Shown piece after piece: positions 37,582 through 50,761 of a stretch of DNA of 64,000 nt. The notes below the pieces were generated by a model. The model was not told where the DNA came from. It did no database searches and saw only the letters and a program-made list of their open reading frames with translations. Origin of the DNA: Heptranchias perlo (lineage: Eukaryota); NCBI RefSeq assembly GCF_035084215.1, contig NC_090368.1:3224001-3288000 (forward strand), given 5' to 3'. How positions within the stretch are numbered: the stretch's first letter is position 1; each line of letters begins with the position of its first letter. Made by a program: the position numbers and the translations under genes.

Positions 37582-37712
37582 CTTTCCACTGCTCCGGCAC
37601 AATCCCGTCTTTCCTCTGGAATATGGGCTTGGGGATAATGCGTCCTGTCCGGGCCGATACTCTCACTTTCTCTCCCTCCTCCGTGTACCTCCAGTCCACC
37701 CCGCTGGGTTTT
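37582..37712 (-). CDS. MRPL24: MRPL24 coding exon
   Basis: [44 protein letters not shown]; phase 2/1. Confidence 0.95.
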
Positions 37713-39075
37713 CTGTGTAGCAGAAGGAGCAAGCGATTGGTAGCAACACCAACTTATACAGCGGCTTTAACATAATAAAATTCCCCGAGGCGCTTCACAG
37801 GAGCGATTATCAGACAAAATTTGGCACCGAGCCACATAAGGAGATATTAGGACAGGTGACCAAAAGCTCAGTCAAAGAGGTAGGTTTTAAGGAGCGTCTT
37901 AAAGGAGGAGAGAGAGGCGGAGAGGTTTCGGGAGGGAATTCCAGAGCTTAGGGCCCAGGCAGCTGAAGGCACGGCCGCCAATGGTGGAGCGATGGAAATC
38001 GGGGGATGCGCAAGAGGCCAGAATTGGAGGAGTGCAGAGATCTCGGAGGGTCGTAGGGCTGGAGGAGGTTACAGAGAGAGAGGGAGGGGCGAGGCCATGG
38101 AGGGATTTGAAAACCAGGATGAGAATTTTAAAATGGAGGGGTTGCCGGACCAGGAGCCGATGTAGGTCAGCGAGCGCAGGGGGTGATGGGTGAACTCTCA
38201 GCCTTTCCCACACGTTTGCCTTTAAAGTTGAATTTTAGCACCTTCCAGTTTCTCGGTGGATAACAGCACTTCCCAGTGTAGTACTGAGCCCGACCGAGCA
38301 GGAAGATCCCAGGATCAATCCCTGGGGGGGGTGGTGATTCCCGCAGAGGTATAGTCCCACGTGTACACAACACCGTCCCGTACCTCGCCCAGCTCAGGCG
38401 CGAGCAGGTTATCAGTCGGATATTCAACTACGGGAGGCATCAGAGGTGAACCCGATGCTCCATTCTGGATTGACCTTTGCACCCAGGCACAATCCAGCAG
38501 GGGTCACTGGATAACAATCAAGAGCAGGAACCCTGGCCGATTCCTCCCCCCACACCCGGCTGAACCACAACCGCTGCCCGACGGAGACAGGCCAGGAAGG
38601 GGGAAAATTGAGTCTGGGATCTTTCTAGTCTGCCTGGCTCAGCGCCGCACGCCACGGTGCACTTGCCAACTCAAGCCGTCTGGGCACCCCGGGTGCTGGG
38701 AGGGTCGGTGGGACCGGGATTAAACCTCATCCCTTCACGGAGGCAACATCGTTTCCCCTTCCTTAACCTGTTACAGGCCGACACTCCAGGTGCCGGTACT
38801 GAGGGAGTGCTGCACTGTCAGAGGTGCCGTCTTTCAGATGAGACGTTAAACCAAGGCCCCGTCTGCCCTCTCTCGGGTGGACGTAAAAGATTCCACGACC
38901 ACTATTTCGAAGAGGAGCATGGGGGGGGCGGGGGGGGGGGGAGTTCTCCCCCGGGGTGTCCCGGGACCAGTATTTATCCCTCATTAACCACCATCACTAA
39001 GATCTGGTCATTATCACATTCCTGTTTGTGGGACCTTGCTGTGCACAAATTGGCGTTCCCGACGCTACAACTTAC

Positions 39076-39179
39076 CGGTCGCTGGGGTCCACCAGCATCA
39101 CGTCACTGACCAGCAGCGGAGCCTCACTGGCGATGTACGTTCCCCTGTGCTCTCCTATTTTGCCGAAGTAGCGATAGTG
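39076..39179 (-). CDS. MRPL24: MRPL24 coding exon
   Basis: [35 protein letters not shown]; phase 0/2. Confidence 0.95.
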
Positions 39180-39554
39180 CTGCAGGGGAAACAAAAGGGT
39201 TAGCGGCCTGTACGAATGGGCAGGTCGAGGAAGATTCAAGCAAGAGTCCATGAAGATACGGAGTAGGTACCATTTTAACTACGCTGCCTGGCAATGAAAG
39301 TCAGGGCTGAAATAACCAGTGCTGCTGTAGCCCTAGGTAATGTCTTTAGGAGAATTTAATAAGAATGCTTTGTTGAGATAAGCTGCTCATGGTCGACCAG
39401 CCTTATCGTAAACAATGTAGCTCTGGACAACGTCCTGTCTCTTAAAGAAGTTAGCCTGTTGAGATAAGCTGCTCGTGGCTGATAGGCCTCGTCTCCCTCC
39501 AGTCTAAACAAATCCAGCTGACAATAACCAATCAACCTTACCTTCCCTGAAGTA

Positions 39555-40150
39555 GGACTGGGTGATCACTTTGCCGAACACCTCTTGTTCAGTCCACAAG
39601 CGTGACCCTTGACCTGCCGGTCACTTGCCATTTTAATTCCCCGTCCCACTCCTACTCTGACCTCTCTGTCCTCGGCCTCTTACACTGTTCCAACGAAGCT
39701 CAACATAACCTCCAGGGAACAGCACCTCATCTTTTGTTTAGACACTTTACAACCTTCCGGACTAAACATTGATTTCGATAACTTCAGATCAGAACCACTG
39801 CTCCCATTTTTTCGGACAGCTGGTACTGGTTCTGCTTCTGCCATTTACAGCTCCTCGAGTCCCATCTTTTGTTTCTTTACCTGTCCCATTCCCACCCTCC
39901 CTGCCTTGCACCATCATTCCTTTTGTCATTTAATCACCCCATCATTTGTTTCTTCCCTCCTCTCCCGTCCCCCACACCCCCCCACTTTCCCAGGCTTAAA
40001 AACTGTTAACTCTTTAACATCTTCCAGCTCTGACGAAAGGCCATCGTCCTGAAACGTTAGTATCTGCGGAGAGAGAATCAGAGCTGAGTATTTCCTGCAT
40101 TTTCTGGTTTTATTCCAGATTTCCAGCATCCGCAGTATTTTGCTCTTATC
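39555..40150 (+). mobile_element. Penelope-like element 3' fragment
   Basis: EQHLIFCLDTLQPSGLNIDF (GIY-YIG C-terminus); homologous to the reverse complement of 62230-62840. Confidence 0.85.
40026..40062 (+). ncRNA. Minimal type-I hammerhead ribozyme motif
   Basis: AGCT-CTGACGA-A-AGGCC-ATC-GTCCT-GAAAC-GTT-AGTA. Confidence 0.6.
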
Positions 40151-40274
40151 TTCTCTGGCCTTGTTACGTTGGGAAAAAATGTCACATTTCAAGGCTCCAG
40201 CTGCAAGAGTTGGGCTGGTACGGATTACAAGGCCTGTATAAGTACAGGCAATTGTAAGAGGTCGATAGGAGAGG

Positions 40275-41345
40275 GAAGGGACAGGAAACAGAGAGTAATA
40301 GTTAATGGTTGTTTTTCGGACTGGAGGGAGGTGTACAGTGGTGTTCCCCAGGGGTCGGTGCTGGGACCACTGCTTTTCTTGATATATATTAATGACTTGG
40401 ACTTGTGTGTACAGGGCACAATTTCAAAATGTGCAGATCACACAAAACTTGGAAGGGTAGTAAACAGTGAGGAGGATAGTGATAGACTTCAAGAGGATAT
40501 AGACAGGCCGGTGGAATGGGCGGACACGTGGCAGGTGGAATTTAACTCAGAGAAGTGCGAAGTGATACATTTCGGTAGGAAGAATGAGGAGAGGCAATAT
40601 AAACTAAAGGGCACAATTCTAAAAGGGGGTGCAGGAACAGAGAGATCTGGGGGTATATGTACACAAATCATTGAAGGTGGCAGGGCAGGTTGAGAAAGCA
40701 GTTAAAAAAGCATACAGGATCCTGGGCTTTATAAATAGAGGCATAGAGTACAAAGGCAAGGAAGTCATGGTGAACCTTTATAAAACACTGGTTTTATAAA
40801 CAACTGCGCAACTGGAGTATTGTGTCCAGTTCTGGGCACCACATTTTAGGAAAGATGTGAAGGCCTTAGAGAGGGTGCAGAAGAGATTTGCTAGAATGAT
40901 TCCAGGGATGAGGGACTTTAGTTACATGGATAGACTGGAGAAGCTGGGGTTGTTCTCCTTGGAACAGAGACGGTTGAGAGGAGATTTGATAGAGGTGTTC
41001 AAAATCATGAAAGGTTTAGATAAAGTAAATAAAATGAAACTTCCCATTGGCGGAAGGGTCATGAACCAGAGGACATAGATTCAAAGTGATTGGCAAAAGA
41101 TGATATGAGGAAAAAGTTTTTTACGCAGCGAGTTGTTCTGATCTGGAATTCACTGCCTGAAAGGGCGGTGGGAACAGATTCAATAATAACTTTCAAAAGG
41201 GAATTGGATAAATACTTGAAGGGGAAAAATTTGCAGGGCTACGGGGAAAGGGCGGGGGGAAATGGGACTAATTGGACAGCTCTTTCAAAAGAGCCAGCAC
41301 AGGCAGGATGGGCCGAATGGCCTCCTTCTGTGCTGTAAGATTCTA
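40275..41345 (+). mobile_element. CR1 LINE, RT domain to 3' end, frameshifted
   Basis: SGVPQGSVLGPLLFLIYINDL; degenerate ADDT motif. Confidence 0.9.
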
Positions 41346-41467
41346 CGATCAGGAGCAGAATTGCAGAATCTTGATTCCTCTGTAACTACAGGGATCTCCG
41401 GCTCCCAACGGGGAGGAAAGGAGGGGAACCAGGTACAAGAAACAAAGGGGAAGTGGCCACACGAGCA

Positions 41468-42368
41468 CGGCCTGCCCAGGACCCCCCTAGCCCTGCCCAG
41501 GAACCCCCCTAGCCCTGCCCAGGAACCCCCCCGCCAGGCCTGCCCAGGATCCCCCCTCGGCCTGCCCAGGATCCCCCCTCGGCCTGCCCAGGATCCCCCC
41601 TCGGCCTGCCCAGGATCCCCCCCCCTAGCCCTGCCCAGGATCCCCCCTCGGCCTGCCCAGGATCCCCCCTCGGCCTGCCCAGGAACCCCCCACTAGCTCT
41701 GCCCAGGATCCCCCCTAGCCCTGCCCAGGAACCCCCCCCCTAGCCCTGCCCAGGATCCCCCCTCGGCCTGCCCAGGAACCCCCCTCGGCCTGCCCAGGAA
41801 CCCCCCTCGGCCTGCCCAGGAACCCCCCTCGGCCTGCCCAGGAACCCCCCTCGGCCTGCCCAGGAACCCCCCTCGGCCTGCCCAGGAACCCCCCTCGGCC
41901 TGCCCAGGAACCCCCCTCGGCCTGCCCAGGAACCCCCCTCGGCCTGCCCAGGAACCCCCCTCGGCCTGCCCAGGAACCCCCCTCGGCCTGCCCAGGAACC
42001 CCCCTCGGCCTGCCCAGGAACCCCCCTCGGCCTGCCCAGGAACCCCCCTCGGCCTGCCCAGGAACCCCCCTCGGCCTGCCCAGGAACCCCCCTCGGCCTG
42101 CCCAGGAACCCCCCTCGGCCTGCCCAGGAACCCCCCTCGGCCTGCCCAGGAACCCCCCTCGGCCTGCCCAGGAACCCCCCTCGGCCTGCCCAGGAACCCC
42201 CCTCGGCCTGCCCAGGAACCCCCCTCGGCCTGCCCAGGAACCCCCCTCGGCCTGCCCAGGAACCCCCCTCGGCCTGCCCAGGAACCCCCCTCGGCCTGCC
42301 CAGGAACCCCCCTAGCCCTGCCCAGGATCCCCCCTAGCCCTGCCCAGGATCCCCCCTAGCCCTGCCCA
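41468..42368. repeat. 22-bp C-rich minisatellite (CCCCCCTCGGCCTGCCCAGGAA)
   Basis: Homogeneous core with variant edges. Confidence 0.95.
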
Positions 42369-43229
42369 TACTGCTCTCATTTCCAGGGAGGCCCCTTTTT
42401 GACAATCAGAAGATCTCCTGTGAACTAGCAGCCAGCCCTCCCTCCCCAATCCATATGTGACCCTTCTGGGGGATTGTGGGGAGGGCAGGGGGGGGGGGGG
42501 GGGGGGAACAGGCTGTGAACTCTTCGCACTCCTCGAGCCTCCTACACTGGCGGCATTTCCCTGCAATGCTGAGGATCCAGGCAAACTCACAGCCGCAAGT
42601 CGATCGATGGCTTCAAATGATCTGTGTATTTTAATTAAGGCAAGGACTCGTATTTCTACAGCGCCTTTCACCACCTCAGGACGTCCCAAAACGCTTTACA
42701 GCCAATGAAGCACTTTTTGAGTGTAGTCACTGTTGTAATGTAGGAAACGCTGCAGCCATTTGCGCACAGTAAGCTCCCACAAACAGCAATGAGATAATGA
42801 CCAGATCATCTGTTTTTTTAGTTAGTTGAGGGATAAATATTGGCCCCAGGTCAGGGGAGAGAACTCCCCCCCCCCCGCTCTTCTTCCAAATAGTGGCCGT
42901 GGGATCTATCACGTCCATCTGAGAGGGGCAGACGGGGCCTCGGTTTGAAGTCACATCTGAAAGACGGCACCTCCGACAGTGCAGCGCTCCCTCAGGACTA
43001 TCACCGGAGTGTCGGCCTGGATTATGGGTTGAAGTCTCTGGAGTGGGGGCTCGAACTCCCGACTTTCCGGCTCCGAACGCATTCTCACAAAGGGTGCCCA
43101 TCCAGGACAATTAACCTCCTCTTTCAGACGCGGACCGAACTGCTGTGTATTTCCAGCAATTCCCTCTCTATTTCCAATTTGCGTTTGCAGTTACTTTTCT
43201 TTTTAAAAAAGCCCCACTGTTATTCTCAC

Positions 43230-43325
43230 CGTGTTCAATCCTTCCAGTATCACCCAGTTGCGAGCTCGAATCACCTGGCTGACTTTCCCCTGCTTCCCGG
43301 CATCTTTTCCTTTTAGAATTTCCAC
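43230..43325 (-). CDS. MRPL24: MRPL24 KOW-motif exon (first coding exon not visible in the window)
   Basis: cag|[32 protein letters not shown]|gtgaga; 96 nt. Confidence 0.95.
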
Positions 43326-43343
43326 CTGGAGAGGAACGAAAAA

Positions 43344-43543
43344 NNNNNNNNNNNNNNNNNNNNNNNNNNNNNNNNNNNNNNNNNNNNNNNNNNNNNNNNN
43401 NNNNNNNNNNNNNNNNNNNNNNNNNNNNNNNNNNNNNNNNNNNNNNNNNNNNNNNNNNNNNNNNNNNNNNNNNNNNNNNNNNNNNNNNNNNNNNNNNNNN
43501 NNNNNNNNNNNNNNNNNNNNNNNNNNNNNNNNNNNNNNNNNNN
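43344..43543. other. Assembly gap (~200 N)
   Basis: Run of N. Confidence 0.99.
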
Positions 43544-44710
43544 TCCATATCCCTCTATACCCATCTTACCCATGTAACTGTCCAAATGCTTTTTAAAAGA
43601 CAAAATTGTACCCGCCTCTACTACTGCCTCTGGCAGCTCGTTCCAGACACTCACCACCCTTTGAGTGAAAAAATTGCCCCTCTGGACCTTTTGTATCTCT
43701 CCCCTCTCACCTTAAATCTGTGCCCCCTCGTTATAGACTCCCCTACCTTTGGGAAAAGATTTTGACTATCGACCTTATCTATGCCCCTCATTATTTTATA
43801 GACTTCTATAAGATCACCCCTTAACCTCCTACTCTCCAGGGAATAAAGTCCCAGTCTGTCTAACCTCTCCCTGTAAGTCAAACCATCAAGTCCCGGTAGC
43901 ATCCTAGTAAATCTTTTCTGCACTCTTTCTAGTTTAATAATATCCTTTCTATAATAGGGTGACCAGAACTGTACACAGTACTCCAAGTGTGGCCTCACCA
44001 ATGCCCTGTACAACTTCAACAAGACATCCCAACTCCTGCATTCAATGTTCTGACCAATGAAACCAAGCATGCTGAATGCCTTCTTCACCACCCTATCCAC
44101 CTGTGACTCCACTTTCAAGGAGCTATGAATCTGTACTCCTAGATCTCTTTGTTCTATAACTCTCCCAACGCCCTACCATTAACGGAGTAGGTCCTGGCCC
44201 GATTCGATCTACCAAAATGCATCACCTCACATTTATCTAAATTAAACTCCATCTGCCATTCATCGGCCCACTGGCCCAATTTATCAAGATCCCGTTGCAA
44301 TCCTAGATAACCTTCTTCACTGTCCACAATGCCACCAATCTTGGTGTCATCTGCAAACTTACTAACCATGCCTCCTAAATTCTCATCCAAATCATTAATA
44401 TAAATAACAAATAACAGCGGACCCAGCACCGATCCCTGAGGCACACCGCTGGACACAGGCATCCAGTTTGAAAAACAACCCTCTACAACCACCCTCTGTC
44501 TTCTGTCGTCAAGCCAATTTTGTATCCAATTGGCTACCTCACCTTGGATCCCATGAGATTTAACCTTATGTAACAACCTACCATGCGGTACCTTGTCAAA
44601 TGCTTTGCTGAAGTCCATGTAGACCACGTCTACTGCACAGCCCTCATCTATCTTCTTGGTTACCCCTTCAAAAAACTCAATCAAATTCGTGAGACATGAT
44701 TTTCCTCTCA
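43544..44710 (-). mobile_element. Young CR1 (family A), 5'-truncated
   Basis: KSCLTNLIEFF, YMDFSKAFDKVPH, KFADDTK; nearly identical to 51250-52420. Confidence 0.95.
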
Positions 44711-46753
44711 CTCTACCATTACCAACAAGCCAGGGGATCAACCCTGGTTCAATGAGGAGTGTAGAAGAGCATGCCAGGAGCAGCACCAGGCGTACCTAAA
44801 AATGAGGTGCCAACCTGGTGAAGCTACAACTCAGGACTACATGCATGCTAAACAGTGAAAGCAACATGCTATAGACAGAGCTAAGCGATTCCACAACCAA
44901 CGGATCAGATCAAAGCTCTGCAGTCCTGCCACATCCAGTCGTGAATGGTGGTGGACAATTAAACAACTAACGGGAGGAGGAGGCTCTGTAAACATCTCCA
45001 TCCTCAATGATGGCGGAGTCCAGCACATGAGTGCAAAAGACAAGGCTGAAGCGTTTGCAACCATCTTCAGCCAGAAGTGCCGAGTGGATAATCCATCTCA
45101 GCCTCCTCCCGATATCCCCACCATCACAGAAGCCAGTCTTCGGCCAATTCGATTCACTCCACGTGATATCAAGAAACGGCTGAGTGCACTGGATACAGCA
45201 AAGGCTATGGGCCCCGACAACATCCCAGCTGTAGTGCTGAAAACTTGTGCTCCAGAACTAGCTGCGCCTCTAGCCAAGCTGTTCCAGTACAGTTACAACA
45301 CTGGCATCTACCCGACAATGTGGAAAATTGCCCAGGTATGTCCTGTCCACAAAAAGCAGGACAAATCCAATCCGGCCAATTACCGCCCCATCAGTCTACT
45401 CTCAATCATCAGCAAAGTTATGGAAGGTGTCGTCGACAGTGCTATCAAGCGGCACTTACTCACCAATAACCTGCTCACCGATGCTCAGTTTGGGTTCCGC
45501 CAGGACCACTCGGCTCCAGACCTCATTACAGCCTTGGTCCAAACATGGATAAAAGAGCTGAATTCCAGAGGTGAGGTGAGAGTGACTGCCCTTGACATCA
45601 AGGCAGCATTTGACCGAGTGTGGCACCAAGGAGCCCGAGTAAAATTGAAGTCAATGGGAATCAGGGGAAAACTCTCCAGTGGCTGGAGTCATACCTAGCA
45701 CAAAGGAAGATGGTAGTGGCTGTTGGAGGCCAATCATCTCAGCCCCAGGACATTGCTGCAGGAGTTCCTCAGGGCAGTGTCCTAGGCCCAACCATCTTCA
45801 GCTGCTTCATCAATGACCTTCCCTCCATCATAAGGTCAGAAATGGGGATGTTCGCTGATGATTGCGCAGTGTTCAGTTCCATTCGCAACCCCTCAAATAA
45901 TGAAGCAGTCCGAGCCCGCATGCAGCAAGACCTGGGCAACATCCAGGCTTGGGCTCATAAGTGGCAAGTAACATTCGCGCCAGATAAGTGCCAGGCAATG
46001 ACCATCTCCAACAAGAGAGAGTCTAACCACCTCCCCTTGACATTCAACGGCATTACCATCACCGAATCCCCCACCATCAACATCCTGGGGGTCACCATTG
46101 ACCAGAAACTTAACTGGACCAGCCATATAAATACTGTGGCTACAAGAGCAGGTCAGAGGCTGGGTATTCTGCGGTGAGTGATTCACCTCCTGACTCCCCA
46201 AAGCCTTTCCACCATCTACAAGGCACAAGTCAGGAGTTATGATGGAATACTCTCCACTTGCCTGGATGAGTGCAGCTCCAACAACACTCAAGAAGCTCGA
46301 CACCATCCAGGACAAAGCAGCCCGCTTGATTGGCACCCCATCCACCACCCTAAACATTCACTCCCTTCACCACAGGCGCACAGTGGCTGCAGTGTGTACC
46401 GTCCACAGGATGCACTGCAGCAACTCGCCAAGGCTTCTTCGACAGCACCTCCCAAACCCGCGACCTCTACCACCTAGAAGGACAAGGGCAGCAGGAACAT
46501 GGGAACAACACCACCTGCACGTTCCCCTCCAAGTCACACACCATCCCGACTTGAAAATATATCGCCGTTCCTTCATCACCGCTGGGTCAAAATCCTGGAA
46601 CTTCCTAACAGCACTGTGGGAGAACCGTCACCACACGGACTGCAGCGGTTCAAGAAGGCGGCTCACCACCACCTTCTCAAGGGCAATTAGGGATGGGCAA
46701 TAAATGCCGGCCTCGCCAGCAACGCCCACATCCCATGAACGAATAAAAAAAAA
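44708..46753 (+). mobile_element. Family-B LINE, 5'-truncated, with stops and frameshifts
   Basis: ALDIKAAFDRVWH, GVPQGSVLGP, MFADD; ends in an A-rich tail. Confidence 0.95.
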
Positions 46754-48024
46754 GTCACTGTTGTAATGTAGGAAACGCAGCAGCCAATTTGCGCACAGCA
46801 GGATCCCACAAACAGCCATGTGATAATGACCCAGATCCTATGTTTATTTTAGTGATGTTGGTTGGGAGATAAATGTCGACCCCAGGGAGAACTCCCCCTG
46901 CTCTTCTCCGAAATAGTGGCCGTGGGGATCTTTTACATAAAAACATGAGAAATAGGAGCGGGAGTAGGCCATTCGGCCCCTCGAGCCTGCTCCGCCATTC
47001 ATTCAGATCATGGCCGATCTTCCACCTCATCTCCACTTTCCCGCCCGATCCCCGTATCCCTCGATTCCCCTGGAGTCCAAAAATCTATCGATCTCAGTCT
47101 TGAATATAACTCAACGACCGAGCATCCACAGCCCTCTGGGGTAGAGAATTCCAAAGATGCACAACCCTCTGAGTGAAGAAATTCCTCCTCATCTCAATCT
47201 TAAATGGCCGACCCCTTATCCTGAGACTATGCCCCCTTGTTCTGAACTCTCCAGCCAGGGGAAACAGCCTCTCAGTATCTCTACCCTGTCAAGCCCCCTC
47301 AGAATCTTATATGTTTCAATGAGATCACCTCTCATTCTTCTAAACTCCAGGCCCATTCTACTCAATCTCTCCTCATAGGGCAACCCTCTCAACCCATACC
47401 CGAGAGGGGCAGACGGGGCCTCTGTTTAACGTCTCATTCGAAAGACGGCACCTCCGACAGTGCAGCACTCCCTCAGTGGTGGCACCGGGAGTGTCGGCCT
47501 GGATTTTTTGTGCTAAATTAAAACTGAGATCGCGAACTAAAAGGTCCTGTGCAAACCCGGCAGGGGGAAAGGAGCAGGGAGCGAACAGAAGAAAATGCAG
47601 AATCCCGTTAAAAAGGTAGTCGATGGGGCGAAGACAGACACGGCAGTTTTAAAAAAAAAATGTCAGGGCTACGACTGCAAGAGGGCAGTCAGCGTCAAAT
47701 ATCCTTTAAACGGAGGATGAGCACAAAACAGCAAATATTCTGAACGATTCCACAAGGGAATCGAGCAGCAGCAGCGGGCCCTCCCCGGGGGAAACAGAAA
47801 GTGATGATGGTGGAGGCCGTACAAGAGCCCCTGCCCCGGTTTGACAATCCGCCTTTTCTCTTTCAGGCGCTGATGGGTCCTGCTTGTCGAGGGTGGGGGG
47901 CGGGGTGGGGGGAGAGAGACAGCTGCAGCCAATCACTGCGGTTCGGGTCACATCGAGCGATTCCAATCGCGAGAGCCCACCGTGCGCCCTAGTACCCCTG
48001 GAATAAATGCCCGTTACAAACGGA

Positions 48025-48710
48025 ATGGGGGGGGGCACGGGTAAGGGGGAGGGGGCATGGGTAAGGGGGAGAGGGCAGGGGTAAGGGGGAGGGGCACGGG
48101 TAAGGGGGAGAGGGCTCGGGTAAGGGGGAGGGCCATGGGTAAGGGGGAGGGGGCAAGGGTAAGGGGGAGGGGCATGGGTAAGGGGGAGAGGGCAGGGGTA
48201 AGGGGGAGGGGGCACGGGTGAGGGGGAGAGGCATGGGTAAGGGGGCACGGGTAAGGGGGAGGGGGCAGGGGTAAGGGGAGGGGCATGGGTAAGGGGGCAC
48301 GGGTAAGGGGGCACGGGTAAGGGGGAGGGGGCAGGGGTAAGGGGAGGGGCATGGGTAAGGGGGCACGGGTAAGGGGGAGAGGGCACGGGTAAGGGGAGGG
48401 GCATGGGTAAGGGGGCACGGGTAAGGGGGCAGGGGTAAGGGGGAGGGGCATGGGTAAGGGGGAGAGGGCTCGGGTAAGGGGGAGAGGGCTCGGGTAAGGG
48501 GGAGAGGGCACGGGTAAGGGGGAGAGGCACGGGTAAGGGGGAGGGGCACGGGTAAGGGGGAGGGGGCACGGGTAAGGGGGAGGGGGCACGGGTAAGGGGG
48601 TGAGTGCATGGGTAAGGGGGAGAGGGCTCGGGTAAGGGGGAGGGGGCACGGGTAAGGGGGAGGGGGCATGGGTAAGGGGGAGGGGGCATGGGGAGGGGCC
48701 TGGGTAAGAG
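48025..48710. repeat. 13/20-bp G-rich minisatellite (GGGTAAGGGGGAGGGGGCAC)
   Basis: Tandem repetition. Confidence 0.93.
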
Positions 48711-50761
48711 GCAGTGGAGAAAGGGCATGGGTAGATGGAGAGAAACTGGTGGGAATCCACAAGGGGGGCATAACCTTAAAATTAGAGCCAGGCCGTTCAG
48801 GGGTGATGTCAGGAAGCATTTCTTCACACAAAGGGGAGTGGAAATCTGGAACTCTCTCCCAATAAAGCTGTTGAGGCCGGGGGTCAATTGGAAATTTCAA
48901 GCCTGAGATAGATAGGTTTTTGTTGGGTGAGGGTATCGAGGGATACGGATCAAATGGAGTTGAGGTACAGATCAGCCATGATCCAATAGAATGTCAAATC
49001 AGGCTTGACATAAGAACATAAGAAATAGGAGCAGGAGTAGGCCATACGGCCCTTCGAGCCTGCTCCGTCATTCAATCAGATCATGGCTGATCTTCTACCT
49101 CAACTCCACTTTCCGCCCAATCCCCAAGTTCCCTTGATTCCCCTAGAGTCTAAAAATTTATCGATCTCAGACTTGAATATATTCAATAAATCAGCATCCA
49201 CAGCCCTCTGGTGTAGAGAATTCTAAAGATTCACAACCCTCTGCGTGAAGAAATTCCTCCTCATCTCAGTCTTAAATGGCCGACCCCTTATCCTGCGACT
49301 ATGCCCCCTTGTTTTAGACTCTCTAGCCAGGGGAAACAATCTCTCAGCATCTACCCTGTCACGCCCCCTCATAATCTTATATGTTTCAATGAGATCACCT
49401 CTCATCCTTCTAAACTCCAGAGTATAGGCTCATTCTACTCAACCTCTCTTCATAGGACAACCCTCTCACCCCAGGAATTAATCTAGTGAACCTTCATTGC
49501 ACCGCTTCCAAGGCAAGTATATCCTTCCTTAGGTAAGGAGACCAAAACTGTACGCAATACGCCGGGTGAGGTCTCACTAAAGCCCTGTATAACTGTAGTA
49601 AGACTTCCTTCCTTTTGTACACCAACCCCACTGCAATAAAGACCAACATGCCATTTGCTTTCCTAATTGCCTGCTGTACCTGCATACTAACTTTTTGTGT
49701 TTCTTGTACAAGGACACCCAAGTGTCTCTGAACACCAACATTTAATAGTTTCTTGCCATTTAAAAAATATTATGTTTTTCTATTCTACTTACAAAGTGAA
49801 TAACCTCACATTTCCCCAAATTATACTCCATCTGCCACCTTCTTGCCCACTCACTTAATCTGTCCATATCCCTTTGCAGACTCTTTGTGTCTTCCTCACA
49901 GCTTACTTTCCCACCTAGCTGTGTATCGTCAGCAAACTTAGATACATTACACTCGGTCCCTTCATCTAAATCATTAATATAGATTGTAAATAGCTGAGGC
50001 CCAAGCACCGATCCTTGCGGCACCCCACTAGTTACAGCCTGCCAACCTGAGAATAACCCATTTATCACTACTCTCTGTTTTCTGTCCATTAACCAATCCT
50101 CTATCCATGCTAATATATTACCCCCATCCCCATGAGCCCTTATCTTGTGTAACAACCTTTTATGTGGCACCTTATCGAATGCCTTTTGAAAATCCAAATA
50201 TACTACATCCACTGGTTCCCCTTTATCTACCCTGCTAGTTACATCCTCAAAAAACTCTAATAAATTTGTCAAACACGATTTCCCTTTCATAAAATCATGT
50301 TGACTCTGCCTAATCATATTATGATTTTCTAAGTGCTCTGTTACCACTTCCTTGCTAATGGATTCCAGCATTTTCACAACAACTGACGTCAGGCTAACTG
50401 GCCTGTAGTTCCCTGTTTTCTCTCTCCCTCTCTTCTTGAATAGCGGGGTAACATTTGCTACCTTCCAGTCCACTGGGACCGTTCCAGAATCTAGAGAATT
50501 TTGGAAGATCATAACCAATGCATCCACTATATCTGCAGCCACCTCTTTTAGAACCCTAGGATTAGGCCATCAGATCCAGGGGATTTGTCGGCTTTTAGTC
50601 CCATTAGTTTGTCCAGTACTTTTTCTCTAGTGACATTAATTGTTTTAAGTTCCTCACTCTCATTTACCCCTTGGTTCCACACTATTTTTGGTATGCTTTT
50701 TGTGTCTTCTGCAGCGAAGACAGATACAAAATATTTGTTAAATGCATCTGCCATTTCCTGA

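Noticed and set aside
43168-43657. ORFs spanning X runs
   Set aside because: Artefacts of the N gap.
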